Positions 1-11,682 of a stretch of 64,000 nucleotides of DNA are shown here, in pieces. Both the position numbers and the translations under genes were made by a program. Origin of the DNA: Vitrella brassicaformis CCMP3155 (taxonomy: Eukaryota; Protista; Chromerida). The notes beneath the pieces were generated by a model that did not search any database, was not told the origin of the DNA, and saw only the letters and a list, made by a program, of their open reading frames with translations. The stretch is from positions 12,385-76,384 of the forward strand of contig CDMY01000437.1 of NCBI GenBank assembly GCA_001179505.1. Reading direction: 5' to 3'. Position 1 is the stretch's first letter. Each line of letters starts with the position of its first letter.

Positions 1-113
1 AGGGTCTTGCTGCCGCCTCTTGACGACCTGACAGTGACACGCGCACAATGAGAAATGAAAGCCCTTCCTTCATTGACGACGCCCTTGCTCCTTCCCGCCT
101 GCCCACGTACCAT
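1..113 (-). CDS. 5' end of a gene running off the window (ATG-only first exon, then VVKRRQQDP...)
   Basis: On the minus strand, ATG (113-111) is followed immediately by GTACGT. An 83-nt intron (110-28) ends in CTGTCAG, and the in-frame exon 27-1 reads VVKRRQQDP. Too short to name. Confidence 0.35.
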   Translation of the reverse strand, partial: MVRGQAGRSKGVVNEGRAFISHCARVTVRSSRGGSKT

Positions 114-302
114 CTCGTGTCCTGTCCTCTTCGGACGGGCCCTCACCACACAGATTAAACTGCTCAGATCTGCCGCCCTGGACCTACAAATCACGATGAG
201 ACGGAAACTGGGGCGTGGTGAAGAGGTCGCCTGGTCGCTCCACTGCCACTGATCTGCCAAAAAGGTCAGGCGTTTCTTAAGCTCAGCTCGCCCTGCAGGG
301 TG

Positions 303-318
303 TAGGGTTCAAACCCTA
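303..318. promoter_or_regulatory. Telomere-like (telo-box) inverted repeat TAGGGTT-CA-AACCCTA
   Basis: Perfect 7-bp inverted repeat upstream of the gene at 1-113. AAACCCTA recurs at 7952-7959 in another divergent spacer. The regulatory role is inference. Confidence 0.3.
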
Positions 319-764
319 AGTCAGTGAAGCACTCGTTGATGCAGCCGCCTCCTTTGATTCATCGGCTGCCTTCCCATCGCTCGTTTCTCTTCGATAAGGT
401 CCAGCAGCAGCAGCAGCAGAGTGTGCTCCTGCTGCCTCGGATCACCGTGTTGCCTAGCGGGGAATTCGTCCCGGTACTTGCCTCACCCCGGTCTGCCAAT
501 TGGCTCCTTGTCAGCCCACTCACGGCCCACTGCACGAGATCTGTCAGCTGTCCCCTCTCTGTCTTGCTCCATCTTCTCGTGCGCTCCGCCGGCACACAGG
601 CGGCTGCTGGCGGCACAGGCAGGTGCGTAATTCAGGCGGACGTCATGTCATGCACACGGCGGGCGCGTGACACGCCGAAATGATGCATGTGCTGTCTTGA
701 CGGTTGGTGCCTGGATCTGTGTGCGGTGTGCTGCAGACGTACGTCGTGTGGTGTGTGAGGTGCA

Positions 765-2907
765 GCGGTGTGACAAAGGAGTGAGGGCACTCCAACAACT
801 GGTACGCAGAAACAGACAGATGGGCACACAGACACAGCGGGACTCACACGCACAGTATGTCTCCTCTCTCTGTGTGGCTGTCTGTGTATCCTCAGTGTGT
901 GCAGGTGTGACTGTCTGAGTGGCTCTCTGATGGCTTCGACGCGCTGATGGCGATGATATCTGCTGAAGGGAGAGAGATCGGCCGATGAGCCGACGGACGT
1001 GCTGACTGAACTGAACTGAAACCCTCACTCTGTCGCCTTTTGGTCGTATGTGCGTCGATCTCACTGTGTTGTGTTGTGGGGCTTTGCGTGTCGGTCGGTC
1101 TGCCTGCCACTGTCATACGTCCTCCGACTCCGACTTGTCAGTCGTCTGCTGCCATGAGTGTGTCGGCTGATGAGTTGGGGGGCGGGGGAGAGATGACAGA
1201 CAGACAGACAGGCGGACAGACAGACAGACAGACAGAGAGGGAGGAGTGGCTGGCTGGCTGCACAAAGGAATCGCTGTGTGAGGTGGCGGTGGCCGTCTGT
1301 CTGTGAAATGGGCGCGCGCGACGCTTGCTCGCGAGAGTGTGTTGATCTCTCGTCGGTGCATCCGTCACACACGGCCGGCTCTCAGACAGACAGACAGCCC
1401 GACACACACACACACTGATCTGCCTGATGCCTGAGAGAGAGAGAGAGAGAGAGAGAGTGTTCGCATGTGTGTCCTCCCCCCCACTGTGGGCATCTCACAC
1501 ACGAGCTGGCAACTCGAGAGCGTCAGCCCATGAAGGGTGTTGGTGCTTTAGGGTTGCCGGGCGGCGACAGAGATGCGCACAGAGGGGCGGGGGAGAGAAT
1601 GAATGGACACAGAGAGAGAGAGAGATCTGTTTATCTGTCTGTGTGTCACGTGTGGCTGTTTGACAAAGCTGCGTTTTGTCCGTTGAGGACAGACCGACAT
1701 AACTGTGGATGGATCTCATGACGTGTTTCTGTGGGTGCGTGGCGCATTGGCGAATGGCAGGGCGGCTGGGTGGCTGCTGACGCAAAGTGAGAGAGAGACG
1801 TCGGTCTGGTTTCTTCGTTGTTTGCCCGCGTGTGTTGGTGTTGGCGGCGTCACCTCGCGCGCAGATAATTTCCTGCCTGACTATCTGTTTATGTATGTCG
1901 ATATGAAGGCAATGCAAAGATCCGTTTTGTATGTAAGGGCCCACCTCACACACACAGACACATAGACACACACACACACAGAGAGAGAGAGAGATCTGTT
2001 CATCTGTTTATCTGTTTGCATCCCTACCTGCCCGTCCTGCCTGTTGGTGTGCCAGCCATGATGTCTGTCTGTCTGTCTGACTGACTGAATGGTGGCGATG
2101 ATGTGTGCTGAAGGGAGACAGATCGGCCGATGCGCCGACCCCTGCTGCCCAATAAGTACTGACTGCCTGGCCTTAGCTGACATCTCTCTCTCCCTCGTGT
2201 GTGGGTGTCGGTCGTCGACTGACGGACGACAGACAGCAGGACAACATGAGAGCTCATTGTGCGGCGGTGTGCGGCGGTCTGATGATGGACTTTGGTGTCT
2301 GCGAGCAATGGTACAGCGACAGACACACAGAGAGGGAGGGACACACAGACGGACAGAGAGGGGCGGCCGATGACGTCTGTGTGTGTGTGGGTCTGTGTGT
2401 GTGTGTCAGGTGTGGTTGGTGTGCTGATTCACTCGCTGGAACAAAGCCACACGACGGCCGAGCGGCTGCCGCTGTGAGATCGGCCGATGAGTCGACGAGC
2501 TGATGTGAGTGAACTGACTGTCTCTCTCTCTGCCGCGTGGACGGCATCGATGGACTGACGGCTGTCGTGTTTATGAGAGTGTATTGTATTGTGGGGCTTT
2601 GGGTGTCGGTCGGTCTGGCTGCCATTGTCATCTCATCCTCGCCCACCACTTCTCAGCCGTCTGCTGCCATGAGTGTGTCGGCTGATGAGTGGGGGGCGGG
2701 GGAGATATGACAGACAGACAGAGAGGGAGGACTGGCTGGCTGGCTGCACAAAGGAATCGCTGTGTGAGGTGGCGGTGGCCGTCTGGCTGTGCGTCAGCCT
2801 TGTGGGATGGCTGCTCGCGAGAGTGTGTCGATCTCTCGTCGGTGCATCCGTCACACACGGCCGGCTCACAGACAGACAGCCCGACACACACACACACACT
2901 GATCTGC

Positions 2908-2940
<33 letters not shown>

Positions 2941-3430
2941 GGTTTCCCTCGTGTGTGTCCTCCCCTCTCCCTCTCTGTGGGCATCTCTCATCTCGACCGG
3001 CAACTGGAGAGCGTCAGCCCACGAAGGGCTTTGGTGCTTTAGGGTTGCCGGGCGGTGACAGAGATGCCCACAGAGGGGCGGCCGAGGGAATGAATGGACA
3101 CACATACGACTGCTTACCCATCCCACCAAATGAGACAGTGGATGGGTCCCTTTGCCGACCGTCCTGATGTCATACTTGCACACCCACACACAGATGTGTT
3201 GTGTGTCTGTCTGTCTGTCTGTGTGTGTGTGCGTCTGGGTGGGCCTGACGCACCGACGAATGGCGGCAGTGTGACAGAGAGATGGGACGGCCGCATAAGG
3301 AAGAGAGGGGCCTCCTTGGTTCTTCTTCCGCCGTCACCTGAGGCAGACGTCAGTGAATTCTCGTCTGACTTTCTCTTTATGTCGATATTTACACAAGGGT
3401 GTGTTTTGTATGTGAGGGCCCACCACAGAC
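765..3430 (+). pseudogene. Decayed ~1.5-kb tandem duplication with exon-like relics
   Basis: Blocks ~765-1965 and ~2270-3430 share many segments at an offset of ~1.5 kb, e.g. CACAAAGGAATCGCTGTGTGAGGTGGCGGTGGCCGTCTG at ~1261 and ~2747, and GTTTTGTATGT(A/G)AGGGCCCACC at ~1924 and ~3403. Splice-bounded peptides are similar between copies (RCDKGVRALQQL vs RSDDGLWCLRAM; MAMISAEGREIGR*AD vs VAMMCAEGRQIGRCAD at ~2089), with stops present. Confidence 0.5.
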
Positions 3431-4860
3431 AGACACCGACGTGTGGGTGTTCTCTTCTGTGCCTCTCTGTCACTGTGCTGTCACTTCCCTCGTGACGACG
3501 GCCATGTGTGTGTTTTTTGCCGTCGTGTGAGTGGCACACCCACACGGCCGGGTGAGAGAAAGAGACGCTTGTTTGGTGCTGCTGTAGTGTGATATGTCGG
3601 TGTGTCGGTGTGCTGGCTGTGGTGCCCTCGAAGCGCACCTCACACAGTGAGTGTTGCTCATCACTCTCTGTGTGGTGGCCATCGAGCGGCTGACAGACAC
3701 ACACACACGCACACACAAAGGAGTGGCCAGGCCACTCGTCGGTGTGCAGACTATGCCATTGCCGGCCGAGTCATTATGACAGTCAATGCGCTCCTGACAG
3801 ACTGACGCCCACAATTTGGCCCATCGATTCATCCGGCCGTCCAGCAGCGCCATACCTAAGGCGGCCCCACTGCACTGCATCGGTCTCACATCAGTGCCGA
3901 TCGCCGACTGAGAAATGGCCAATGACAGACAGAGGAAGGATGTCATGTGGGTCAGCGTGTGTGAGTGAGAGAATGACACAGAGAGAGACATCCACTGGTT
4001 GTCTGTCTGTGCGCTCTGCTTGTCTGCCTGTCTCGGCCGTCTTGTGGTTTGTTTGGGTTCGTTTTGGTGTGTTTGTGTCGACTGTTTCTGTCTGTCTTTC
4101 TTATTGTCTGTGTGGCCATGGGGTTCGTTTCGGTCTGTCTGTCTGTGTGGCATACCGACGGACAGGGAGTCAGAGAGTGTGGCGGGGCCATTAGCCTGAC
4201 ATACACAGAGAGACAGATCAACACGACAGCTGCAGCAGGTGCATTGAGTCGATGATATCAGTGAGTCAGTCTCTTTGGGTCTCAGAAGCGATGGAATGAA
4301 TATATATAATAAGCTGATCACACAGACAGCTGGTGCGGCATATATACACACACACACATATCCACAGAGCCCTCCTGTACATGGGAATGTCTGTGCAGCG
4401 TGGGATGGGATGGGGAGAAGAGAGCAATCAACATAAGACAGACACCTCACACACATAGACACATCTCACCCTCCCGCCCTCTCATTCACTGTCCACCCGC
4501 CTCAGTCCGCACAAACAAACAAAAAGAACGAGACGACAGCCAGGCAGGGAGGCAGGGAGGCACCATCAACCCCACACGCACGCACGGATAATCAGACAGA
4601 CAGGCAGGCAGGCAGGCAGACAGGCAAGTGCACACCAGCCAGTGACATGTGTGTGGGATAAAACGGGTACATATACAGCCAGTCGATACTCTGTGTCTGT
4701 GTCTGTGTGTGGTATGTGTCTGTGTGTTTGTATGTGGGTCTCTGCGCGTCCATCCATCCATCCAGCCAGCCAGCCGCTCGCTATCCTTCCCCTCCTCCTC
4801 TGGGCTACTTAGTCAGTTCGTAGCGAGTTGCGTTAGCCATTGGGATACACACTGACTGGG

Positions 4861-6038
4861 TCACTCCATGCCCTCTGGCTGCCCCTCCCCGCCCCCACCG
4901 CCGCCCTCCTGCCCCTCAACGGCACCAGCCGCCTCACCTGCAGCAGCACCGGCCACCTCGATCTCCACCTCCTTGGCCTCGACGTGCCCCTTCCTCCCCT
5001 GCTTGCCCTTCTTCTTGGGTCGCGACAGCCCCTCCTCGCCCTGTGTGTCGTCCTTCTGGTCGTGCTTGCGCTTGCGCACCGTTTTGTGGACGGGGGGCAC
5101 CACGGGGAGCTCCTGCTGCGGCATGTGCACCTGGGGCTGCAGCCCCTGCATCTGCATCTCCGGCACCCCCTCCACGTTCTGCACTATCACATGCTGCTCC
5201 TGCCCCGGCAGCTGCTGCATCTGCTGTACCATATGGACGTGGGCGCCCGGGGGCAGCATCAGGCCCTCGGGGTGGTGGTGGGCCAGCGGAATGCCCTTGT
5301 GGACGGGACCCAGCAGCTCCACACCCTCGGCCAGCGGCACCCCCTGCGGCACCATCATCGGGACCCCCTGCAGGGCCTCGTGTAGGGCAGCATGCTCGTG
5401 GTGCGATGCGTCCAGACCCTCGGCGCCCTCGGGGGGCACGCCCAAGGCGGGCGCGGCATACTGCAGGTAGGCGGCGCTGGGCTGATCGGCAGACTCGGGA
5501 ACGGCCAACTTCTTGCCCCTACCTGATGGAACAAGAAGCAGGGCCAGGGGAGAGAGAGGGGGTGTCTGTGGTGGGTGGGTGGATGGGGAGGGGAATGGGA
5601 TTGATGCTTACGTTGAGTCTTGCGTTTGGGTTTGGCGCCGGGGAGGGACGCCCCGAGCTGCTGGGCTGATGCGTCGCCGCCATTCAGCTTGGACAACTTG
5701 TTCCTGCTTACGTGTGTTACACCCACCAGCCGCACACACACATACACACACGGCATGCAGGTCTTGGTGGCGTGTGCGCGCACCACACATGCTTGAGCTC
5801 CGATACGTTGCGATTGTCCCTCATCGTCTGCAGGAAGGATATATGGACACGCAGACGCACGCAGACGTCAGCCTGCCAGTGTGTGTGTGTGTGTGTGTGT
5901 GTGAGAAGGGGGGGACTGACACACCTCGATATTAGCCGGCAGGGTGTAGCTACTCTCCGTCAACGCGTTATACATGCCGTCGGCGGCCTCACCTAGACAC
6001 AACACACAACACACAGAGATGCTGGCATGGTTGTCTGT

Positions 6039-6070
<32 letters not shown>

Positions 6071-6785
6071 CGATGGAGTCGTGCGCCATGACCATGAGTT
6101 TGGCCAGCGCCCGCTTAATCTCCATCTTATCGAACAGGTGCACGTGCTTGGCAATGTCATCGCCACGGCAACGCTCTATCTTGACCTGGACCTTCATGTC
6201 CTGCACACCACACCACACCACACCACACACGTCAAGCTGGAGGGGGTGTGTGTGGGAGGAGAGGGTACCCGTGCGGCCGTGGATGTGAGGCATGGTATCT
6301 GCGCCTTCCAGATGGGTGGGCGACGGCTCTCCACCGACGGCACCTCACGCGACACGAAGTCCATCCACTCGACAGCGTACTCGTCCTGACATCATGTCAC
6401 CACACCACACCACACCACACCACACCACAGCATGCCCATCGGTGCAGGCTTCTGTCTGCCTCGCTGTCTCGTCAGTCACCTACTTGTCGGAATTTGGTGC
6501 AGATTTTGGAGAGGAAGTCCTTCAGAGCGTCCCTCGGTATGAGGCCCTCCCCGGCCAGCTCCTCGTCGGACTCGGTCAGCGGCAGGACCACGTCGTTCAA
6601 CACCTCGTAGCAACGCATCTGACACACATGCATGCAGCAACAACGAACAACCAACACAGAGGGAGCGGAGCATCGAAAGGGACATACAGACCTCCCCCCT
6701 TTCGCCTGCTCTGTGTGTGGCTGACCTCGAAGGTGGCGCCTTGGGCCTTGGACTGTCTGTCGGTGTCCTTGCTGTAGACCACCAT
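4861..6785 (-). CDS. Hypothetical protein, 8 exons, Gln/Pro/His-rich C-terminus with basic NLS-like patches
   Basis: Phase-consistent exons 6785-6726, 6618-6484, 6385-6269, 6200-6071, 5992-5925, 5827-5784, 5703-5612 and 5522-4861, all GT-AG. RKRKH and KKKGKQGRK lie near the C-terminus. No family recognised. Confidence 0.8.
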
Positions 6786-6787
6786 CT

Positions 6788-7309
6788 CGCCACCCTCACG
6801 TCCACCCACGTGCAGCACCTCTATCTCATCCGCATGGAAATACGGCGACCCGCCCAGCACTGCATGGCCAATTTCATCCCTCTCCCCCGTGTAGCCCGCA
6901 GGCACAAGATGGCCCAGGGTGAGCTGGCTGAAGGCAGCTGCGGATGTCGGCAGCCGGCGCGTCACCGCCAACTTCGCGACCCAACCGCAGCCACCCACCT
7001 ATCTCCACACTCGCAGCATTCACTTGCCCCTCCCTCCCCGCCACCGACACACACTGGTTCTTGTCGTCGATGTCGATCTTGGTGGGCTCGGGGAAGTGGC
7101 CGGCCAGCGAGAAATCCCACACGTCACAGCCGTACCAGTGGCCACTGGTCGGCTCGTCGGGCGGCTGGATGCCGGCACTGATGAAGGAGCCGAAGACGTA
7201 CTGGTCCTTGCGGATGAGGAACACGAGGCCGGTCTTGCCGCCCACACACCGCAGCACATCGCTGTAGGTCGTGCCGTCACGCGATGACCTGACGCACACA
7301 CAGACAATG

Positions 7310-7344
<35 letters not shown>

Positions 7345-7513
7345 TGCTGCATCTATACCGGTAGATGGACTGCAGCTTCATGGTGTGGTCGCCCAGCAGT
7401 CCCAGCAGGTCGTAGTACTCCTGCCGTGTCAGCGATGTGCCCTCCGGGAGATCAACCTGCCCAACAACACAGTGGCACACACACACACATGCGACCATGG
7501 CTGCCGAAGTCAT
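6788..7513 (-). pseudogene. TLDc (TLD) domain gene with a 4-nt frameshift
   Basis: Exons 7513-7496, 7456-7359 and 7288 onward give LQSIYRSSRDG...YVFGSFISAG...GSPYFHADEIEVLHV, i.e. TLDc-like LYRASRDG, FGxF and terminal EIEV motifs. A duplicated CAGC (GCTGGCTG at 6923-6930 on +) shifts the frame after AADIRSCLQ. Confidence 0.7.
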
Positions 7514-8231
7514 GTTGTTTGTCGGATTGTTCTCACCGTCTGCATGTGAATCGCCAGCAGCGACGCCATGGCCTCTCGCAGGCCGTGGTTGGGATGGACG
7601 TCGACTCCGCAGTCGCGCCCTGATCAACACGACTCACTGCAGCCCTCACCTGGCCACAGATGAGACCCACACACTGGCCACACACACACAGAGAGATGCA
7701 CACAGACAAAGAAGGTCAGCGCATTGAGGTGACTGAATGGGTGGGTCAGTGAGTGTGTGTGTGGCCTCCCTCTGACCTCTGCTATCTGTCAGCTCAGCGG
7801 CCCGCCCTTCCACCACACCAGTCCACAGGGCGGCGGTGGGACGGATGATTCCACTGATCCGCTAAGCCGTTCTCTCAGCCGAATGCGCCACGCTCTACAA
7901 CGCACAGCTGTGAGAAAGGCACACAAGAGGCCGCCAAACACTCGGGGTCTGAAACCCTACCCTTGACCCCTTAAACCCTTTGGCCCGAAGCGCCCGCCGC
8001 AGCAAAAGGCTTCGACGAGAGCATAGCCCCTTCGCGCTTCTGCCCCTCCTGTCGTGAATAGCACGGCAAGCATGGCCGTCTGATCATAGCTTTTGGACAG
8101 GAGAAAGATTGAGGAGCTGTGACTCTGCTGGTGCGGCGCATCTCCGTCGTGTGTCCTCTGCCCTCGTCGAGGGTGCTGCCGTCGCCTCCTCGGTGTCTGC
8201 TGTCGTCCCTTCTGCTGCGGTGAGCGGTGTT

Positions 8232-10553
8232 ATGGAGCCGTCTGTGAGTGTGCGGTTCGCTGGCGATGGGGAGGGCGATACGCCGCTCGTCGTCAAGGAA
8301 GGCGTCATACGGCAATACAAATACTTCACTTCGGTCCGGCACACCACACACGGCAGAGATGACAGACACGCGACATGCACGTCGTGTCGTCTGTGTGTGT
8401 GGGTGCAGGTGATGGACGGCGAGTTTCAGGAGGGTCAGGAGCGTCAGGTGCGCATCGAGAAGATCAGCCGGTCCATCGGTGAGGTGGTGCTGCAGCAGGA
8501 GGTGGACATCGTCAGCTCGCTGACCAAGGACAATCTGCTGGATGCCATGATCGCTCTCGACTACCTCCAATTCGACACCGACCAGATCTTCACGACGGGC
8601 AGCAGCCAGAGCCTCCTGTGGCGCATCCATCGCAAGGTAAACAATGGGCACGAGAGCTCCTTCGCGGATCCACTGTTGGTGCATCTTGTCTGCCTGTATC
8701 AGGTTGTGTTGGACGGCTGGCTTGACGACCACCAGGTAGCCATGTGTCTGCTCGACAGCTTCGCCCAGTACCCCTTCATCGCCCGATTCATCCACTGCCA
8801 TCCCGACATCTGCGCGGCGCTGCGTCAGTCTCTCCGCAAGAGGCCCGACGTCATCCGTGAGCAGTGGCGGCGACGCGAGAGGGGCGAGGCCGAGGATGAC
8901 TCCGTCAAGGCAGCGGTGAGTCTGGTGGCTAGCCTAGGAGACGCCATGTCGTATGATGCAATGGACATGTCGCATCAAGAGCTGGCCCAGTTCATCACGG
9001 ATGCGACGGGCTCATCGTCACTGCCGGCCGCACATGGTGAGGGACAAGAGGACAAGCAAGGAGAAAAACCCACCACCTGTCTGTGGTCGGTGTCTTTTCT
9101 GCAGCGGCTGTTTTCGAGTCCGACGAATTCTCATCTGCTTCTACGGCGGCGGTGCGGCCCTTTGCCGATGAGCAACAGGGAGCCATCACATGTGTCGGCT
9201 TCGCTGTCGATGTGGCGGGTCTTCCCCCTCCCTACACCCCGCACTCATCCAGCAACCTGCCGGCCGACGCCATCCGCGACGGCGATGCGAAGCTGACAGA
9301 GGTGGCGGGCTGGTACGGCAGGTTGCATATCCGTCCAGTCGTTGGAATGCGAGCGGAGGGCGAGTCGTTTGTGAAGTGCTATTCGCCTGGCGGCTCTCTG
9401 GAGGTGGCTGGTGCTCACGGCGATTCCGATGCCACTCGCCCCGCGATTCGACTGCATGAGAGCCCGGCCCTGATGGGCGCCCAGATTCAAATGGGCGGGG
9501 GGCCATCGGCTGGCGCCTCTGTCAGTCCATTTGGCGTGAAGCTACTGGGAGAGTCAACCTCCCTGTATGGCAACGTCCGCATGCTTGCTGCCGATGCGCT
9601 GGCGCAGCAGGGGCTGGGGGATACTCGTCTGAAAGATGTCGTGCTGCTCATGACACTCCGCCAGTTCCCAATGCGTGAACTGGCCTTGCACTTCTTGCGG
9701 ATGTGCGTCATTGAGGGCTGCTATGAGGAGATCTCCAAAATGGCCAAGTAAGGGAAAACACGACACATCCAGCACTCAATGACTCACGTGTGAATGAGCA
9801 GATGTACTCACACCCGATAAGTCGTGAATTCTGTGTGCGCCTGGGTGGTGGTATCGTCTTCGTATGTGCAGGTCGATTCGTCGTGAGCTTGCCGAGTACC
9901 TGCTCACCAACATGGCTTTGGCGAAGCGCCATCGCCTTCCGCTCATGCTCTTTTGGGCGGCGGGCATCGAGGGGCTTTCTTGCATCAGGAGCAACAAGGT
10001 CGTGTCGACGCTGCAGTCTGGCTTCGACGTCAGCGATGTGCCGGCCGTCCTTCCTGTGATCCCACTCCTCCCACCAGCCATCCAGACGGCCTTCAAGAAT
10101 GCCCTCAGGGAGGCCCTCGACGATCAGGACGAAGACGCCTTTGACTACCTCTACAAGCAACTCATCGACAGAGAGACCACACGCAAAAAGGTCAGTCGCA
10201 CTACCCTCCCCCAGCCAACTCCGCTTATCCTTCCGTTCCATATGCCTGCCTTCCTGACGGCCCCTCTGTCGTTCTGTGTCTATGTGGCTGTTGTGCGCGC
10301 AGGAGGCGGCCGAGCGGCAGTGTCTGGAGGCCGAGATTCAGCGGCTCCGAGAGGAAAACGCCACGGTCAAGGAACAGGTCAGTTGGATGTTTGTTCACAC
10401 AGCACACATCAGTCGTTCATTCCCTGGCTGTCTTTCGTTCGTTTGAGGGTTTAGGAGCGTCGCGGGACGAAGCGGCCGCGAGATGAGATGGAGGGCCAGC
10501 AGCAGCAGCGCCAGCAGCAAGAGGGGGAAGCTGACCAGGAGATGAAGTCATAG
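8232..10553 (+). CDS. BTB/POZ-domain protein with C-terminal coiled coil
   Basis: Exons 8232-8333, 8409-9036, 9105-9747, 9872-10190, 10303-10377 and 10455-10553 are all in phase. The N-terminus KYFTSVMDGEFQEGQERQVRIEKIS...LTKDNLLDAMIALDYLQ fits the BTB consensus. The start codon is uncertain. Confidence 0.8.
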
Positions 10554-11435
10554 ACGGGCACACACATCCATCCATCCATCCATCGACATATACCAGCGGC
10601 TCATGTGTTCGTATGGTGCGTGTCGTGATCGATGATGAGTGTCTGTCTGTTTGTATCGTCTTGCTTGCGTGTCTGGCTGACTGATTGCGTGGATCGGACG
10701 GGACGGCTCGCTTGGTCGGTGTTTATATCCATGTGTGCTATGCTGCCTGGCGGATGCCGTCATGCCTTTTTGAGGGTATGAAGAAAACGTGACCGACTCA
10801 GCCAGGCAGTCAGCAAAGGTCTGTATGGTCAGCTCGCTGGTATGATTCCCTTCTCTATATCTGGTGGCCCTGATTGTGGTGTCCCCGCCTGTCAGGTATG
10901 CCCAAACGATACGTTTTGGTGTCATGTGCGGCCCTTTCGCCTTTTGTGTCACTGACTGCAGACCACTCTTTCTCTCTCTCTGTCAATACGTACGATGAAT
11001 CTCAGCTCTCTTGCCTGTCTGCTGGTCGTCCGGATGCCTCTGTACATACATACCCCTACGTGGACGCTTGGTTCCGTGCGTGTTGGCCTGTTTCGCGTGT
11101 CTCTGCGATTTTCTGGTGCGGTGGATCCATCTATGTGTGGACATGTGCTCGCGCTCGTGGATGATGCGCGGATGTGACTGCAATGCAATGAACCCAGTCG
11201 ATGGCTACTACAACTTCACTTTTAAACAGTGTCACACTCATACACAGCACATGAAGCTGTCAGTCACAGTGCGGTCCGTCCAATCTGTCTGTCTCTGAAG
11301 ATGCAATGTGGCCTGAGCTGATCGCGTGGCCTGAGCTGATCGCTGGTGCGTAAAGGGCACTCAGCTGACTTCTGTCTGTCTGCCTGACTTGTGTCAGCCA
11401 GATCGTATGCTGATTGCAATGCAATGCCACGCCAT

Positions 11436-11463
11436 GCCAGCATCAGGCAGCCCCCGTCCGTCA
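11436..11463. repeat. 28-bp dispersed element GCCAGCATCAGGCAGCCCCCGTCCGTCA (copy 1)
   Basis: An identical 28-mer lies at 17731-17758 and a diverged copy at ~16642-16678. Confidence 0.75.
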
Positions 11464-11682
11464 TCGACACACACGGACGGACACACATCGCATCCATACA
11501 GCTATGCTATGCAGCAGATGAACGCGTCAGCTAGGAATGGCCCCACTGCGGCCCGTCTGCTCTGAATGAATGATCCACCACACACAATAGGCGGCCTGAC
11601 AGACACCACCACCACCAACACCCACACACACGCACCTCTGATCATAGAAGTCTTCGTGTGGATGAGTGCCATTCCCTCACCG

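Noticed and set aside
3470-4462. 330-aa minus-strand ORF
   Set aside because: Composed of translated CA/GACA microsatellites (low-complexity C/V/S/T/Q/R); no coding signature.
7971-8801. 276-aa minus-strand ORF
   Set aside because: Antisense shadow of the GC-rich BTB coding exon; no independent motifs or splice structure.
9037-9104. Apparent frameshift in the BTB gene between the 395-aa and 222-aa ORFs
   Set aside because: A 68-nt GTGAGG...TTTTCTGCAG intron joins the two frames exactly, so no frameshift is needed.
10548-10952. 134-aa minus-strand ORF (KRIVWAYLTGGD...)
   Set aside because: No recognisable motif, start context or splice partners; lies in a convergent 3' region.
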